Position numbers and translations under genes: made by a program. Of a stretch of 64,000 nt of DNA, positions 29,047-38,793 are shown one piece after another. Source of the stretch: Desulfobacterales bacterium (lineage in GTDB: Bacteria > Desulfobacterota > Desulfobacteria > Desulfobacterales > UBA2174). The stretch is taken from positions 1-64,000 of the forward strand of contig CAXXWC010000014.1 in assembly GCA_963668645.2 (NCBI GenBank), written 5' to 3'. The stretch's first letter is position 1. The number at the start of each line of letters is the position of its first letter. The notes beneath the pieces are model-generated. The model saw only the letters and a list, made by a program, of their open reading frames with translations, did no database searches and was not told where the DNA came from.

Positions 29047-30085
29047 GTCTGCCAACTCCTTTGCAGAACGCATCGACGCCTTGGCTCCGCCGCGGATCAG
29101 CCTGGTCCACGGTCCGACCCCGCTTCAACCCCTGACCCGTATCGGAAAGGAGCTGGGCCTCGACCTGTGGGTCAAGCGCGACGACCATACCGGTGCCGAA
29201 ACCGGCGGCAACAAGATCCGCAAGCTCGAATACGTGATGGCCGAGGCCCTTGCCCAGGGGGCTGACACGGTCCTGACCTGCGGCGGGGTCCAGTCGAACC
29301 ACTGCCGGGCCACTGCCCTGGCCGCCGCCCGCCTGGGGCTCGACTGCGTGGTGCTGCTGCGGATTGCGGATCCCAAGCAGCCGCCTCCCCTGGAAGCCAA
29401 CAGCCTGCTGGATCGCATGGCCGGGGCGCGTATCGTCTGGATTTCCCCGGAGCAGTACCGCTGGCGCGAGGCCGAGTTCGCCGTTGAGGCCCGGCGGCTC
29501 AAGGCAGCCGGACACCGGCCCTTTATCATCGGGGAAGGGGCCTCGGACGCGCTGGGTGCCTGGGGCTATATCCGGGCCATGGCCGAACTGGCCGCAGACC
29601 TGGCCAGGCTGGACGGGGGCCCGATCCGGCCGACCACCGTTGTTCACGCCACCGGCTCGGGGGGCACGGGGGCCGGGCTGGTCCTGGGCCGTCTCATCCT
29701 GGGACTCGATCTTCGCGTGGTGGGGGTCAACGTCTGCGACGACCGGGCCTACTTCATGCGGGTTCAAGGAGATATCTGCAATGCGGCCATCCATCGCTAC
29801 GGCCTGGAGGTCGATTTTCACCGCGAGCAGGACCTGGAGATCCTCGACGGGTACGTGGGCCGCGGTTATGCGCTTTCGCGGCCCGAGGAGCTGGCGCTCA
29901 TCGCCAGGGTTTGCCGCTCGGAAGGCATGGTCCTGGATCCGGTCTATACCGGCAAGGCTTTTTTCGGCATGGTCGATCGGCTTCGGACCGCGCCGGACTT
30001 TTTCGGCCGGCGCGTAGTGTTCCTGCATACCGGCGGCCTGATCGGCCTTTTTCCCAAGGCTGCCGACGTCACCGCACTGCTTTGA
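29036..30085 (+). CDS. D-cysteine desulfhydrase / cysteate sulfo-lyase family PLP enzyme
   Basis: KRDD, GGNKIRKLEY, QSNHCRA, GSGGT, LDPVYTGK, HTGG (Thr/Thr pattern rather than the Glu/Leu of ACC deaminase). Confidence 0.9.
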   Translation: MTHESANSFAERIDALAPPRISLVHGPTPLQPLTRIGKELGLDLWVKRDDHTGAETGGNKIRKLEYVMAEALAQGADTVLTCGGVQSNHCRATALAAARLGLDCVVLLRIADPKQPPPLEANSLLDRMAGARIVWISPEQYRWREAEFAVEARRLKAAGHRPFIIGEGASDALGAWGYIRAMAELAADLARLDGGPIRPTTVVHATGSGGTGAGLVLGRLILGLDLRVVGVNVCDDRAYFMRVQGDICNAAIHRYGLEVDFHREQDLEILDGYVGRGYALSRPEELALIARVCRSEGMVLDPVYTGKAFFGMVDRLRTAPDFFGRRVVFLHTGGLIGLFPKAADVTALL

Positions 30086-30154
30086 ACCGGCCACGTGACG
30101 GACTTCGCCGGCCCGGCGCCCAGCGAAGCGAGGGACCGCTGGAGGGCGCTTAAT

Positions 30155-30188
30155 TTGTCTTGACAACCTTACCCCATTGACCTAGACT
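30155..30188 (+). promoter_or_regulatory. Putative sigma70 promoter with a palindrome over the -35 box
   Basis: TTGACA-N17-TAGACT (30160-30188); TTGTC-TT-GACAA dyad at 30155-30166. Confidence 0.5.
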
Positions 30189-30337
30189 CACCGCCAATTC
30201 CATAGTGACAATTCAATCGCCGGGATATCCGGTCGTCTGCCCAAAAAACCTTGAGCACCAGCTGCAACCCCGCCCGGGGGCAGTTTTGCCGGTGAACCGG
30301 GCGGCCTCGTTCCCATGAACCCCAAGGAGGTCTCGTA

Positions 30338-31267
30338 ATGCGCAGGTTCCTGTTCGTTCTGGTGGCAGTGGTCGCCCTTTGTATCACTCCGGCCGCGTGG
30401 GCTGGCGGCTCGGGGGCCTACCCCAACGGCGCCGAGGATTTCATGGCCGGTGCCTTGCCGCCGCCGGGCACCTATCTGATGTTTTACTCCAACTATTACA
30501 GCGCCGACCGCTGCAAGGACAATGGCGGCGACAACTATCGCAGCGGCCCTCTCGCCGATGTCGAGATCAGCATCTGGGCCAACGTGATTCGCGCCGTGCA
30601 TGTGACCGATTTCAAGATCCTGGGGGGCAACTACGCCTTCCAGACCCTGATCTCCTATCTGGACATGGATTTCGACTTCGGTGCCCCCTTCGATGCGTTG
30701 AGCGGTTCGCGTTCCGGCCTGGGTGACATCATCGTCGATCCGCTTCTTTTGTCTTGGCACGGCTCCAAATTCCACTGGGTTCTGGGATTCGATTTCTTTT
30801 TGCCCGTCGGGCGGTATGATAAAAACGACGAACCGATCAACCCGGGCAACAACGTCTGGACCTTCGAGCCGGCCTTCGGGCTGAGCTATCTCGACGGTCC
30901 GATCGATCTTTCCTTGAAGCTCATGTATGATTTTTCCACCACCAACGACGACTACCTGGATGCGGGCACCGGCCGGACGGTGGACCTGGCGCCCGGCCAG
31001 GAGTTCCACTGTGATTTTGCCGCAGGCTACAACTTTGCCGGCGGCTGGACCGCCGGGCTGGCCGGATATTTTTACCAGCAGACCACCGACGACGAAATCG
31101 ACGGTGCCGACGTGGCCGACGAAAAGGGCCGGGTTTTGGCCATCGGTCCGGTGGTCAAGTATGGCTACAAGAACATGTCCTTCACGCTCAAGAGCCTGTT
31201 TGAAACGGCGGTGGAAAACCGACCGGCGGGCAATTCGACCTGGTTCCGGTTCGTGTATGCCTACTGA
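30338..31267 (+). CDS. Outer-membrane channel, MetA-pathway (SphA/COG4313) family
   Basis: Signal peptide; YPNGAEDFMAGALPPPG, GLGDI, PGQEFH, GYFYQQTTDD; C-terminal aromatic residue. Confidence 0.85.
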   Translation: MRRFLFVLVAVVALCITPAAWAGGSGAYPNGAEDFMAGALPPPGTYLMFYSNYYSADRCKDNGGDNYRSGPLADVEISIWANVIRAVHVTDFKILGGNYAFQTLISYLDMDFDFGAPFDALSGSRSGLGDIIVDPLLLSWHGSKFHWVLGFDFFLPVGRYDKNDEPINPGNNVWTFEPAFGLSYLDGPIDLSLKLMYDFSTTNDDYLDAGTGRTVDLAPGQEFHCDFAAGYNFAGGWTAGLAGYFYQQTTDDEIDGADVADEKGRVLAIGPVVKYGYKNMSFTLKSLFETAVENRPAGNSTWFRFVYAY

Positions 31268-31350
31268 GCGCCAGTGGGGATGTTGCGGCGGCCGAACGCG
31301 GCCAGGGCCGTGGATCGGCTCTTATTCGGGGGCCGGCCCCGGCAGGGCGA

Positions 31351-32646
31351 CTATTTCCATCCGGCCAAACAGAAGAAATACCCCAAAGAAGCCGTGAGCA
31401 GCGCCAGGCAGGGGATGGCCAGGTGCCGGTAGACCGGCCCAAGGCCGGTGCCGAAATAGCTGTTGGACAGCACCAGGCAAAGGTGCAGGGGGCTGAGCAG
31501 GACTCCGGCGAAGCCGCCGGCCATGGCCAGCATGAGGTAGGCCAGGGTCTGATCGCCGGCCCCGTAGGCCGCGATCAGGGAAATCAGGATGGGAAAGGTC
31601 GCGCCGACAAAGGCGATGGTAATCCCCACCACGAACCCCACGATGAAGGGGAGCACCACCGTGACGGTCAACAGCGGGATATGCCAGCTCAGCAGCTCCG
31701 TACTGACCGCGTCCACCGCCCGGCTCTCAAGCAAAACCCCTTTGAAGACCAGGATCGCCGCCACCATGTAGGCCATGTTCAGCATGTCCCTGCGGATCAC
31801 GAGCCGGCGCCGTTCCACCGCCGGCACCCGATTGACGTGCCACACCCAGAAGACGGCGGCCGCAAGGGCCGCGATGAGTCCCAGCTCCTTGGCCACCCCG
31901 GCGGCCGGCCCGTTCAGCAGCCGGCTCAGGACGCTGCCCAACACGATTCCGGGAATGATGGCGATCAGCACTGGGGTCAGTTCCCGGATAAAAGGCGTCA
32001 ACCGGACCGGCGCAACCCCCTTGTGCCGCTGTGTCCGTGGCCCGGCAGGCATCATCCGCCTGAGTGAAAGGTATCCGCTCCCGGCGGTCACGACGGTCAG
32101 GGGACAGAGGGCCAGTACGAAGCCCCACAGATCGATGCGGGCCAGGGCCGTGGCGAGCAAGACACCCGGGTACAAGGGCCAGCAGTATTCCCATACATGG
32201 CGAAACCAATAGTTGATGAAGCTGAGCTGGCCTGCTGAGAGGCGCGCCGATTGGCCGATGCGCTTGACCATGGGGGCTGAAAAGATCGCCCCCCCGGGCA
32301 TGGGCAGCAGTCCGATCAGGGCCGGAAAGATCACGATGTTCAGCCGCGGGTTGGCGATCAGGCCCTGGAAGCGCTCCAGCAGGCGTTCCATCTGGCCCGA
32401 GACCTCCAGGCTGTGGCTCAGGACCAGGATCATGCAGACGATCACGGCAAGAGAGAGGGTCTTGGGATCGGCCAGGGCCTTTGCCGCTGCCGTAAGGATG
32501 GCTGTCAGGGGCATGCCGAAGATGATCCCCAGGGCCAAGGCGCCCAGGGTAAAGGCGCTGCCCAGGGACAGCTTGAATCGGATTCCGGCCAGCACCAGCC
32601 CGAAGACCAGAAAGATGCGCACCACTGCGGGGACAACGTCAAACAT
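31351..32646 (-). CDS. DUF401-family membrane protein
   Basis: PALIGLLPMPGGAIFSAP, NYWFRH, LSPLHLCL motifs. Confidence 0.82.
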   Translation of the reverse strand: MFDVVPAVVRIFLVFGLVLAGIRFKLSLGSAFTLGALALGIIFGMPLTAILTAAAKALADPKTLSLAVIVCMILVLSHSLEVSGQMERLLERFQGLIANPRLNIVIFPALIGLLPMPGGAIFSAPMVKRIGQSARLSAGQLSFINYWFRHVWEYCWPLYPGVLLATALARIDLWGFVLALCPLTVVTAGSGYLSLRRMMPAGPRTQRHKGVAPVRLTPFIRELTPVLIAIIPGIVLGSVLSRLLNGPAAGVAKELGLIAALAAAVFWVWHVNRVPAVERRRLVIRRDMLNMAYMVAAILVFKGVLLESRAVDAVSTELLSWHIPLLTVTVVLPFIVGFVVGITIAFVGATFPILISLIAAYGAGDQTLAYLMLAMAGGFAGVLLSPLHLCLVLSNSYFGTGLGPVYRHLAIPCLALLTASLGYFFCLAGWK

Positions 32647-32753
32647 GTAAATCGCTTTCTGCGCCACGGCCCGGTACGCCGGCCCGGCAGTGCGGGGGCG
32701 GACCGGGCATGGATGATCCCGGACCTCGGGTTCGGCGTGGTGCCTGCGGTGGC

Positions 32754-34490
32754 TCAGGCCAGCACGAACAGGCGCGTCAGGCGCCGGTCGAGCCGGCGGG
32801 TGTCCACCCGGCCGTATTCGGCCTCCAGTTCTTTGAACAGGTCTTCCAGAACGGCGGCCAGGTTCGCGGACAGAGCCTCGGCCGGCTGGCCGCTGAGCCG
32901 GGCCAGCCAGAGCAGAAAATCGCGCCGCTCGGCCGCGCGAATTTTGCCCCGGGCGGTCCACATGCCGCCCAGAAAGCTGCGCAGAGCCGCTATCGGGATG
33001 CCGAGGTCCCGGCCGTCAAGCCCCTCGCGCTCCTGGGCCCACAAGGTGAGGAGCAGATTTTTCCAGGTCAATGACCGCACGGCGGCCGCCGGCGGGCCGG
33101 GAAGATCGCATTTTGCCAGAAGGCCGTCTATGGCCATGATGTTTTCCAGGGCGCACCGGGTCCACTGGGTATCCGCCAGGGTGGCAAATTCCCGGTAAAG
33201 GACGCCGGTGGCGTAGTTGTCGAAAAACAGGGGCCGTTTGATCAGCAAGCCGCCCAGAACCCCCATCCCGGATTCGTCCCAGAAAGCCAGCTTCAAACCC
33301 TGTGCTCGGTACCAGCTGCGGTGCTGCCAGGCATCGGCTTCCCATTTGAGTGCCAGGGCCTTGCCGTAGCCGACCCGGAAAATATCGCCCAGGGCGTGGC
33401 GCCGGATCAGGGCCGCGGCGGCGTTTAGGTCCACCTGCCCCTGATCCTGGGCCAGCACCTCGAGGGCGAGGTCCAGGTACCCGGCCGCCTTACGAGCCAT
33501 GGCGGCGACGTCCTCGCGCCGGCGTACGATCCTGCTGTCGGCCACGGCGATCTGATTGCAGAGCCCGGCGAATTCGGCTTCGATCTCTTCCAGATTTTCC
33601 GTGGCGGCCATCCGGGCCAGGGCTTGGGCAAAGACGCCGCTTGAAGGCAGGGCCCCGGCGGCATGGCAGGGCACGGGCAGCAGCCGGTCGTTCTCATCGC
33701 GCCACTGGAAATGCTTGGGCTCGCGGGCGGTTAACTGCTGCGGGCGCAGCGGTTGATAGACGCCGACGGCTTCCTCGAAGGGCAGAAACCCTTTTTCCGC
33801 CAGGCGCACCGTGCGCTGGTGCAGGGCCGCCTCTTCGTTTTCGGCCGGTACGATGCCGGTCGATTCGATCAGCAGGTCGCGGAAATAGGTATAGTCATGG
33901 TCGGCCAGGCGCTCGATAAGGTCGTGGATGAATCCTTCGCGGTCCTCCAGCATTTCGCCGTCGGCGGAGTCGGGGGGCGGATCCGGCAGGATGCGCATGA
34001 AAAAAACGTTGTCCAGGGAAAACCAGTCGTCCCCGAATTCGTCGGGGTCCTGGTCGTGCTGGCGCACGAGGACCTCGAGATTGAGCCAGAGCCAGTGGCG
34101 CATCAGCCCGGGCTGGCGGCGGACGAGGTAGGGGACCATGCGCGCCGAGTCCGCCTGCACCATCATGGCCAGCCAGCGGGTCAGGGCGGCGTTGTCTATC
34201 CGGTCCCGGCTCCAGGATTCGGCGTCGATGAGGTACTGGAGTTGGCCGTCTGAGGCCAGGGCCAGGACCGGCAGGGCGTCGGCTGGTCCGATTTCGTGGA
34301 TCAGAATATGAAAATCGACCTCGTCGAAGGACTGGACCAAGGTGGCGGGCAGGGGCGCTTCCAGGATCCGGGCCAGGGCCTGATCTCCTTCCAGGCGCAC
34401 GATCTGCCGGCGGGCCTGATCCAGATCCCGGCCGGTGGGCATGGTCGGGCAGGGGGATTCAGGGACTGGGATGGGTTTCTTTTTCGGCAT
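32754..34490 (-). CDS. DUF6178-like conserved hypothetical protein
   Basis: 578-aa ORF; LVQSF..D, RLAEKGFLPFEEA, IFRVGY resemble this deltaproteobacterial family. Confidence 0.7.
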   Translation of the reverse strand: MPKKKPIPVPESPCPTMPTGRDLDQARRQIVRLEGDQALARILEAPLPATLVQSFDEVDFHILIHEIGPADALPVLALASDGQLQYLIDAESWSRDRIDNAALTRWLAMMVQADSARMVPYLVRRQPGLMRHWLWLNLEVLVRQHDQDPDEFGDDWFSLDNVFFMRILPDPPPDSADGEMLEDREGFIHDLIERLADHDYTYFRDLLIESTGIVPAENEEAALHQRTVRLAEKGFLPFEEAVGVYQPLRPQQLTAREPKHFQWRDENDRLLPVPCHAAGALPSSGVFAQALARMAATENLEEIEAEFAGLCNQIAVADSRIVRRREDVAAMARKAAGYLDLALEVLAQDQGQVDLNAAAALIRRHALGDIFRVGYGKALALKWEADAWQHRSWYRAQGLKLAFWDESGMGVLGGLLIKRPLFFDNYATGVLYREFATLADTQWTRCALENIMAIDGLLAKCDLPGPPAAAVRSLTWKNLLLTLWAQEREGLDGRDLGIPIAALRSFLGGMWTARGKIRAAERRDFLLWLARLSGQPAEALSANLAAVLEDLFKELEAEYGRVDTRRLDRRLTRLFVLA

Positions 34491-34580
34491 GGCAAATGGT
34501 TGTCAGGTACCTGAAGATTTTGTTGTACGCGCCAAGAAACGGGCCGGTGGAGCTACGGTACAAGAATATAATACAGGATC

Positions 34581-35840
34581 CTAAACGGACAATCCATTGC
34601 CCGTATTCCGCCAGGGGGCGAACTTGACCAGCAGGAGCATTCCGGGAACGGCCAGCAGCACGCAGGCGATGAAAAAGGCTTCCCAGCCGAGCCAGCGGGC
34701 CATGGCCCCGGTGGGGGCGGCGGCCATCACCCGGGGGATGCCCATCAGGCTGCTGAGCAGGGCGTACTGGGTGGCGGTGAATTTCTTATGGGTGATGCTG
34801 GCCATGAAGGCCACATAGGCGGCCGTGCCCATGCCGCCGGTGAGGTTCTCAAAGCCGATCACCGCCCCGAGTCCGGCCAGACTCGGACCAGTGTGTGCCA
34901 GCCAGGCGAACCCGGCGGTGGAAAGGGCCTGTAAAAATCCGAAGACCCAGAGGCTGCGGCCGATCCCCAAGCGCAGCATGAGCAGCCCCCCTGCCAGGGT
35001 GCCGGCCGCCGTGGCCCAGAACCCGAAAAGTTTGACCACCGTGCCGATCTCGGTCTTGGTAAAACCGATTTCCAGGTAAAAAGGGGTGGTCATGGCGCTG
35101 GCCATGGAGTCGCCGATTTTATAGAGCAGGATGAAGGCCAGGATCCACAAGGCCCCCGGCCGCCGGAAATACTCGGCCAGCGGTTCGACCACCGCCTCGC
35201 GCAGGGTGGCCGGCCGGCCGGCGCTCATTTCCGGTTCGCGGCACCAGAGCGTGGTGGCGATGCCCGGCAGCATGCAGACCGCCATCACCAAATAGACTCC
35301 GCGAAAACTGATGTGGTCGGCCAGGATCAACCCGCCGCCCGAGGCGAGCAGCATCCCCAGCCGATAGCCGTTGACGTAGAGCGAGGCGCCCAGACCGAGC
35401 TCGGCATCGGCCAGATCCTCACGCCGGTAGGCGTCCACCACGATATCCTGGGAAGCGGAAAGAAAAGTCACCAGCAGGGCCGCGACCGCCACCTGCCAGG
35501 GGTGGTGGTGCGGATCGGTGAACCCGAGCAGGACGATGGCAAAGGCCAGGGCCATCTGGGCCGCCAGGAGCCAGCCGCGCCGGCGGCCCAAAACCGGAAG
35601 GCTGAAACGGTCCAGCACCGGGGCCCAGAGAAACTTGAGCGTGTAGGGCAGCCCCACCAGGGCCATCAGGCCGATGAGGGCCAGATTCACTCCGGCCTCG
35701 GTCATCCAGGCCTGGAGCACCGTGACGGTGAGCAGCAGGGGCAGGCCGCAGGAAAACCCCATGAGCAAGGCCACCAGCATGCGGCCCGAAAAAACGGTGC
35801 GCAGTACCGGTGGCCGTTGCGAGCCGGCGGGGTTCAGCAA
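34581..35840 (-). CDS. ampG: AmpG-family muropeptide MFS transporter
   Basis: GFSCGLP, KFLWAP..D, GRRRGW, SASQDIVVDAYR, TATQYALLSSL. Confidence 0.92.
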   Translation of the reverse strand: MLNPAGSQRPPVLRTVFSGRMLVALLMGFSCGLPLLLTVTVLQAWMTEAGVNLALIGLMALVGLPYTLKFLWAPVLDRFSLPVLGRRRGWLLAAQMALAFAIVLLGFTDPHHHPWQVAVAALLVTFLSASQDIVVDAYRREDLADAELGLGASLYVNGYRLGMLLASGGGLILADHISFRGVYLVMAVCMLPGIATTLWCREPEMSAGRPATLREAVVEPLAEYFRRPGALWILAFILLYKIGDSMASAMTTPFYLEIGFTKTEIGTVVKLFGFWATAAGTLAGGLLMLRLGIGRSLWVFGFLQALSTAGFAWLAHTGPSLAGLGAVIGFENLTGGMGTAAYVAFMASITHKKFTATQYALLSSLMGIPRVMAAAPTGAMARWLGWEAFFIACVLLAVPGMLLLVKFAPWRNTGNGLSV

Positions 35841-37795
35841 GTTCCGGCCAACTGTTCGGGGGTGACCACCGGCCCGAACACCCGGCGCAGGGCCAGCAGC
35901 CCGCCGCGCTGTTCGAAGAGAATTTCGAAAAAGCGCGTCGGAATCTTGTGCTCCTTGCGATAGGCGCCGATCTGCATCTCGATGCGCGCCAGGATGTTGT
36001 CCAGGTAGAGGGAGAACTGCTTGTGGTAAAGATCCAGGGGGTAATCCTTGGCGATGATCTGGCCAAAGAGTGCCTTCAGGTCCGCATAAAGGGGCAGATA
36101 TCCGATGGGCGTATCGATGGCCGCCACATCGCCGTGGGCCCGGCGTTCAAGCCAGGCCATCCAGACCTTGACGTCGCGTTTTTCACCCAGGAGCCGGCGC
36201 CCCGTGCCGCCCCGCGCCTCGTGGGTCAGAAAATAGTTCAACCCGGCCATGATGGGGCGCTTGTCGTCGGCGATCTGACCGGACCCGAAGAACTTGAACT
36301 GGGCGTCCATGTAGTCGCCCAGCGAGCCGGGGATAAAAGGCGCGTTGGCCCAGGGGGCCCGTTTGACGCCGGTGGCGCCCACCTCGGTGGCGGTGGAGGC
36401 TGAAACGATGCAGGCCCCGATGGCCACCCCATAGTCCGGCTCCCTGGCCACCCACACCGGGGGCATGGTGTCGCTGTCCCGGCCGCTGTAGGTGATCACC
36501 CGGGTGTCGGCACCTTGCGGATCCTCCAGCTTGTCCGAGCAGTTGGAAAGGGCCCGGGCCGTGACCGTGCAGCGCGCGTTGGGATGGGAGATCGGCACCG
36601 GCTTGCCCTTGGCGTCCACCATGCCCGCCTCCCAGGGTCCCTGGAAGTTGACGCCTTTGACCGGCATCGGCTCGCCGTTGCCGGTCCATTGGGGCACGCC
36701 GTTTTCATCGATCAGCACGTTGGACCAGATCACCTCGTGGCCCGGTTTGCGCAGCACTTCCATCAGCAGCGGGTCCCCGTCCCAGTTGACATCCTCCACG
36801 ATGCCGAAAATCCCGCACTCGGGGTTGATCGAGCGCACCGTGCCGTCGGCGGCGATCCACATCTGGGCCAGATCGTCGCCGACAAAATGGTTGCCGGCCA
36901 TGGCCGTGGTGGTTTTGCCGCAGCCGCTGGGCGCGGCCCCGGCAAACCAGGTGGTGCGCCCCCCCGGGCCGTCGATGCCGGTGATGAACATGTGCTCGGC
37001 CAGTTCGCTGCCCAGTCGCTGGTAGACCGACCGGTCCACCGAGAAGCGGTGGTTGCCTTTTTTCAGGAGCAGGGTGTTGCCGGCGTAAGTGCAAAAGCAG
37101 CTGTAGGTGGTCCGGTCGGCCCGGTCCATGTAGACCCGGGCATTGGGCAGGTCTTCGGGCCGGTTGGGCCCCTGGCTGTGGATGTTGGTATACAGGTGCC
37201 CCAGGTCGGCCACCTCGGCGTCGAAATGGTCGAAGGCGTTGCGGTAAAGGATTTCGGCGCTGTGCATGACGTAGGCCGAACTGGTGATCTCCAGGGCCGG
37301 ATTGGAGACCGGGGCCCCGATGGGGCCGCGGTTGTAAAAGCCCACCAGCATGGTGGCGCCTTTCATGATCCCGTGCATTTTCTCGCGGACGTCTTCCAGG
37401 GCCTCGTCGCGCAGGATTTTGTTGGCCAGGGAACTGACTTCCTCGTCGGGATTGACGATGTAAAAGGTCCGGTCGATGATCCGGCCCTGCTCCTCCCTGA
37501 GGTCGTAGTGGATCGTGTGGCCGGGTATGGGCAGGGCCCTCTCCTCGCCGTTGTCGATGGCCAGCTGGCGGATGAAGGCCCGGTCGGCTTCGGTGCCGGT
37601 GTTGATGAAAACCCGGTCCGGCCGGCACAGGGCGATGGCGTTGGCCACCTTGATGCGTACCTCCGGGGTCTGGATCCGTTGCATGCGTTCGAAATGTTCG
37701 GGGTTCAGTGTCTCGCGAAACAGGGCGTCGGCCGCTTCGGGGGTCTCAATGCCGCCGATGGCCTGCGCGATGTCATAGGTCCTGGCCTTGACCAT
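35834..37795 (-). CDS. pckG: Phosphoenolpyruvate carboxykinase (GTP)
   Basis: YAGN, LAEHM, GAAPSGCGKT, VGDD, INPECGIFG, SHPNARCT, NYF. Confidence 0.92.
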   Translation of the reverse strand: MVKARTYDIAQAIGGIETPEAADALFRETLNPEHFERMQRIQTPEVRIKVANAIALCRPDRVFINTGTEADRAFIRQLAIDNGEERALPIPGHTIHYDLREEQGRIIDRTFYIVNPDEEVSSLANKILRDEALEDVREKMHGIMKGATMLVGFYNRGPIGAPVSNPALEITSSAYVMHSAEILYRNAFDHFDAEVADLGHLYTNIHSQGPNRPEDLPNARVYMDRADRTTYSCFCTYAGNTLLLKKGNHRFSVDRSVYQRLGSELAEHMFITGIDGPGGRTTWFAGAAPSGCGKTTTAMAGNHFVGDDLAQMWIAADGTVRSINPECGIFGIVEDVNWDGDPLLMEVLRKPGHEVIWSNVLIDENGVPQWTGNGEPMPVKGVNFQGPWEAGMVDAKGKPVPISHPNARCTVTARALSNCSDKLEDPQGADTRVITYSGRDSDTMPPVWVAREPDYGVAIGACIVSASTATEVGATGVKRAPWANAPFIPGSLGDYMDAQFKFFGSGQIADDKRPIMAGLNYFLTHEARGGTGRRLLGEKRDVKVWMAWLERRAHGDVAAIDTPIGYLPLYADLKALFGQIIAKDYPLDLYHKQFSLYLDNILARIEMQIGAYRKEHKIPTRFFEILFEQRGGLLALRRVFGPVVTPEQLAGTC

Positions 37796-37902
37796 CGTCT
37801 TTCTCCTTTGTGTATCGTTTTGCGGGCCTGCAATGCTGCGGCTTGAAAAATGGCGTGCGGCCCGGTGTCCACTGAAAAATAACAGATGCGGCTAGACGCC
37901 GT

Positions 37903-38556
37903 TCAGGGACCGTGGGTGCATCCCAGTCGAACAGGGGGCGGCATCTGCATATCGATCCACTGCAAAACTTTGTCGAATTCACTGCGCAGCTCGCGCAGCG
38001 CCAGCCCCCTGTGGCTGACACGGCTTTTTTCCGCCATGCTGAGTTGGGCAAAGGTGCGGCCCAGGGGAGGGTAAAAAAAGACCGGATCGTAGCCAAAACC
38101 GTTGGCGCCGGCCGGCTCGGTGCTGATCAGCCCTTCGCAGCGCGCTTCGTAGGTCAACGCCGGCCCCGTGGGTACGGCGATGGAAAGGACGCACTCGAAG
38201 GCCGCCCGGCGGTCGTCATGCCCGCGCATGTCAGCCAGCAGGCGCTGGCAGCGATCGGTGTCCGCGGCCTGCGGGCCGGCGTAGCGGGCCGAAAGAACCC
38301 CCGGTGCCCCGTCCAGGGCGGCCACCACCAGTCCCGAATCGTCTGCCATGGCGGGCAGTCCGAGCACCCGGGCCGTCTGGCTGGACTTCTTGTAGGCGTT
38401 TTCCTCGAAGGTGGCGCCGTCCTCGATCACCTCGGGGATGGGACCGAAGTCGTCCAGGTTTTTTATGGTGATGGGGAAGTTCTTGAGCAGGTCGATGATT
38501 TCGGCGGTTTTGCCCGGGTTGCGTGTAGCCAGCACGAGCGTCCGATGGGGTTGCAT
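37903..38556 (-). CDS. rdgB: XTP/dITP diphosphatase (HAM1 family)
   Basis: LATRNPGK, ADDSGL, PGVLSARYAG, GFGYDPVF, KSRVSHRG. Confidence 0.95.
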   Translation of the reverse strand: MQPHRTLVLATRNPGKTAEIIDLLKNFPITIKNLDDFGPIPEVIEDGATFEENAYKKSSQTARVLGLPAMADDSGLVVAALDGAPGVLSARYAGPQAADTDRCQRLLADMRGHDDRRAAFECVLSIAVPTGPALTYEARCEGLISTEPAGANGFGYDPVFFYPPLGRTFAQLSMAEKSRVSHRGLALRELRSEFDKVLQWIDMQMPPPVRLGCTHGP

Positions 38557-38793
38557 GGTCTGTTATCCTCACAAGCGGTTGATGGGCGCACCTTAGAGCA
38601 TGGCCTGGAGGTTGTAAAGTGTTTTCAAAGCCGTGCAAGGTGCTTTACACGCCGGTGATCCTGTTGCTATAAAACCGAAACGCCGGAAAGGATGCGTTTT
38701 TCGCGCGCCAGGGGGCGGCGGATTGCCGGGGGATCGTCCCGCGGTGCATCCATGAGACCACCGGCGGCGCTATTGAACTTTGAGGATACTATC

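Noticed and set aside
29036..30085. ACC deaminase assignment
   Set aside because: It has DPVYT and HTGG rather than the DPVYE and HLGG of true ACC deaminases.
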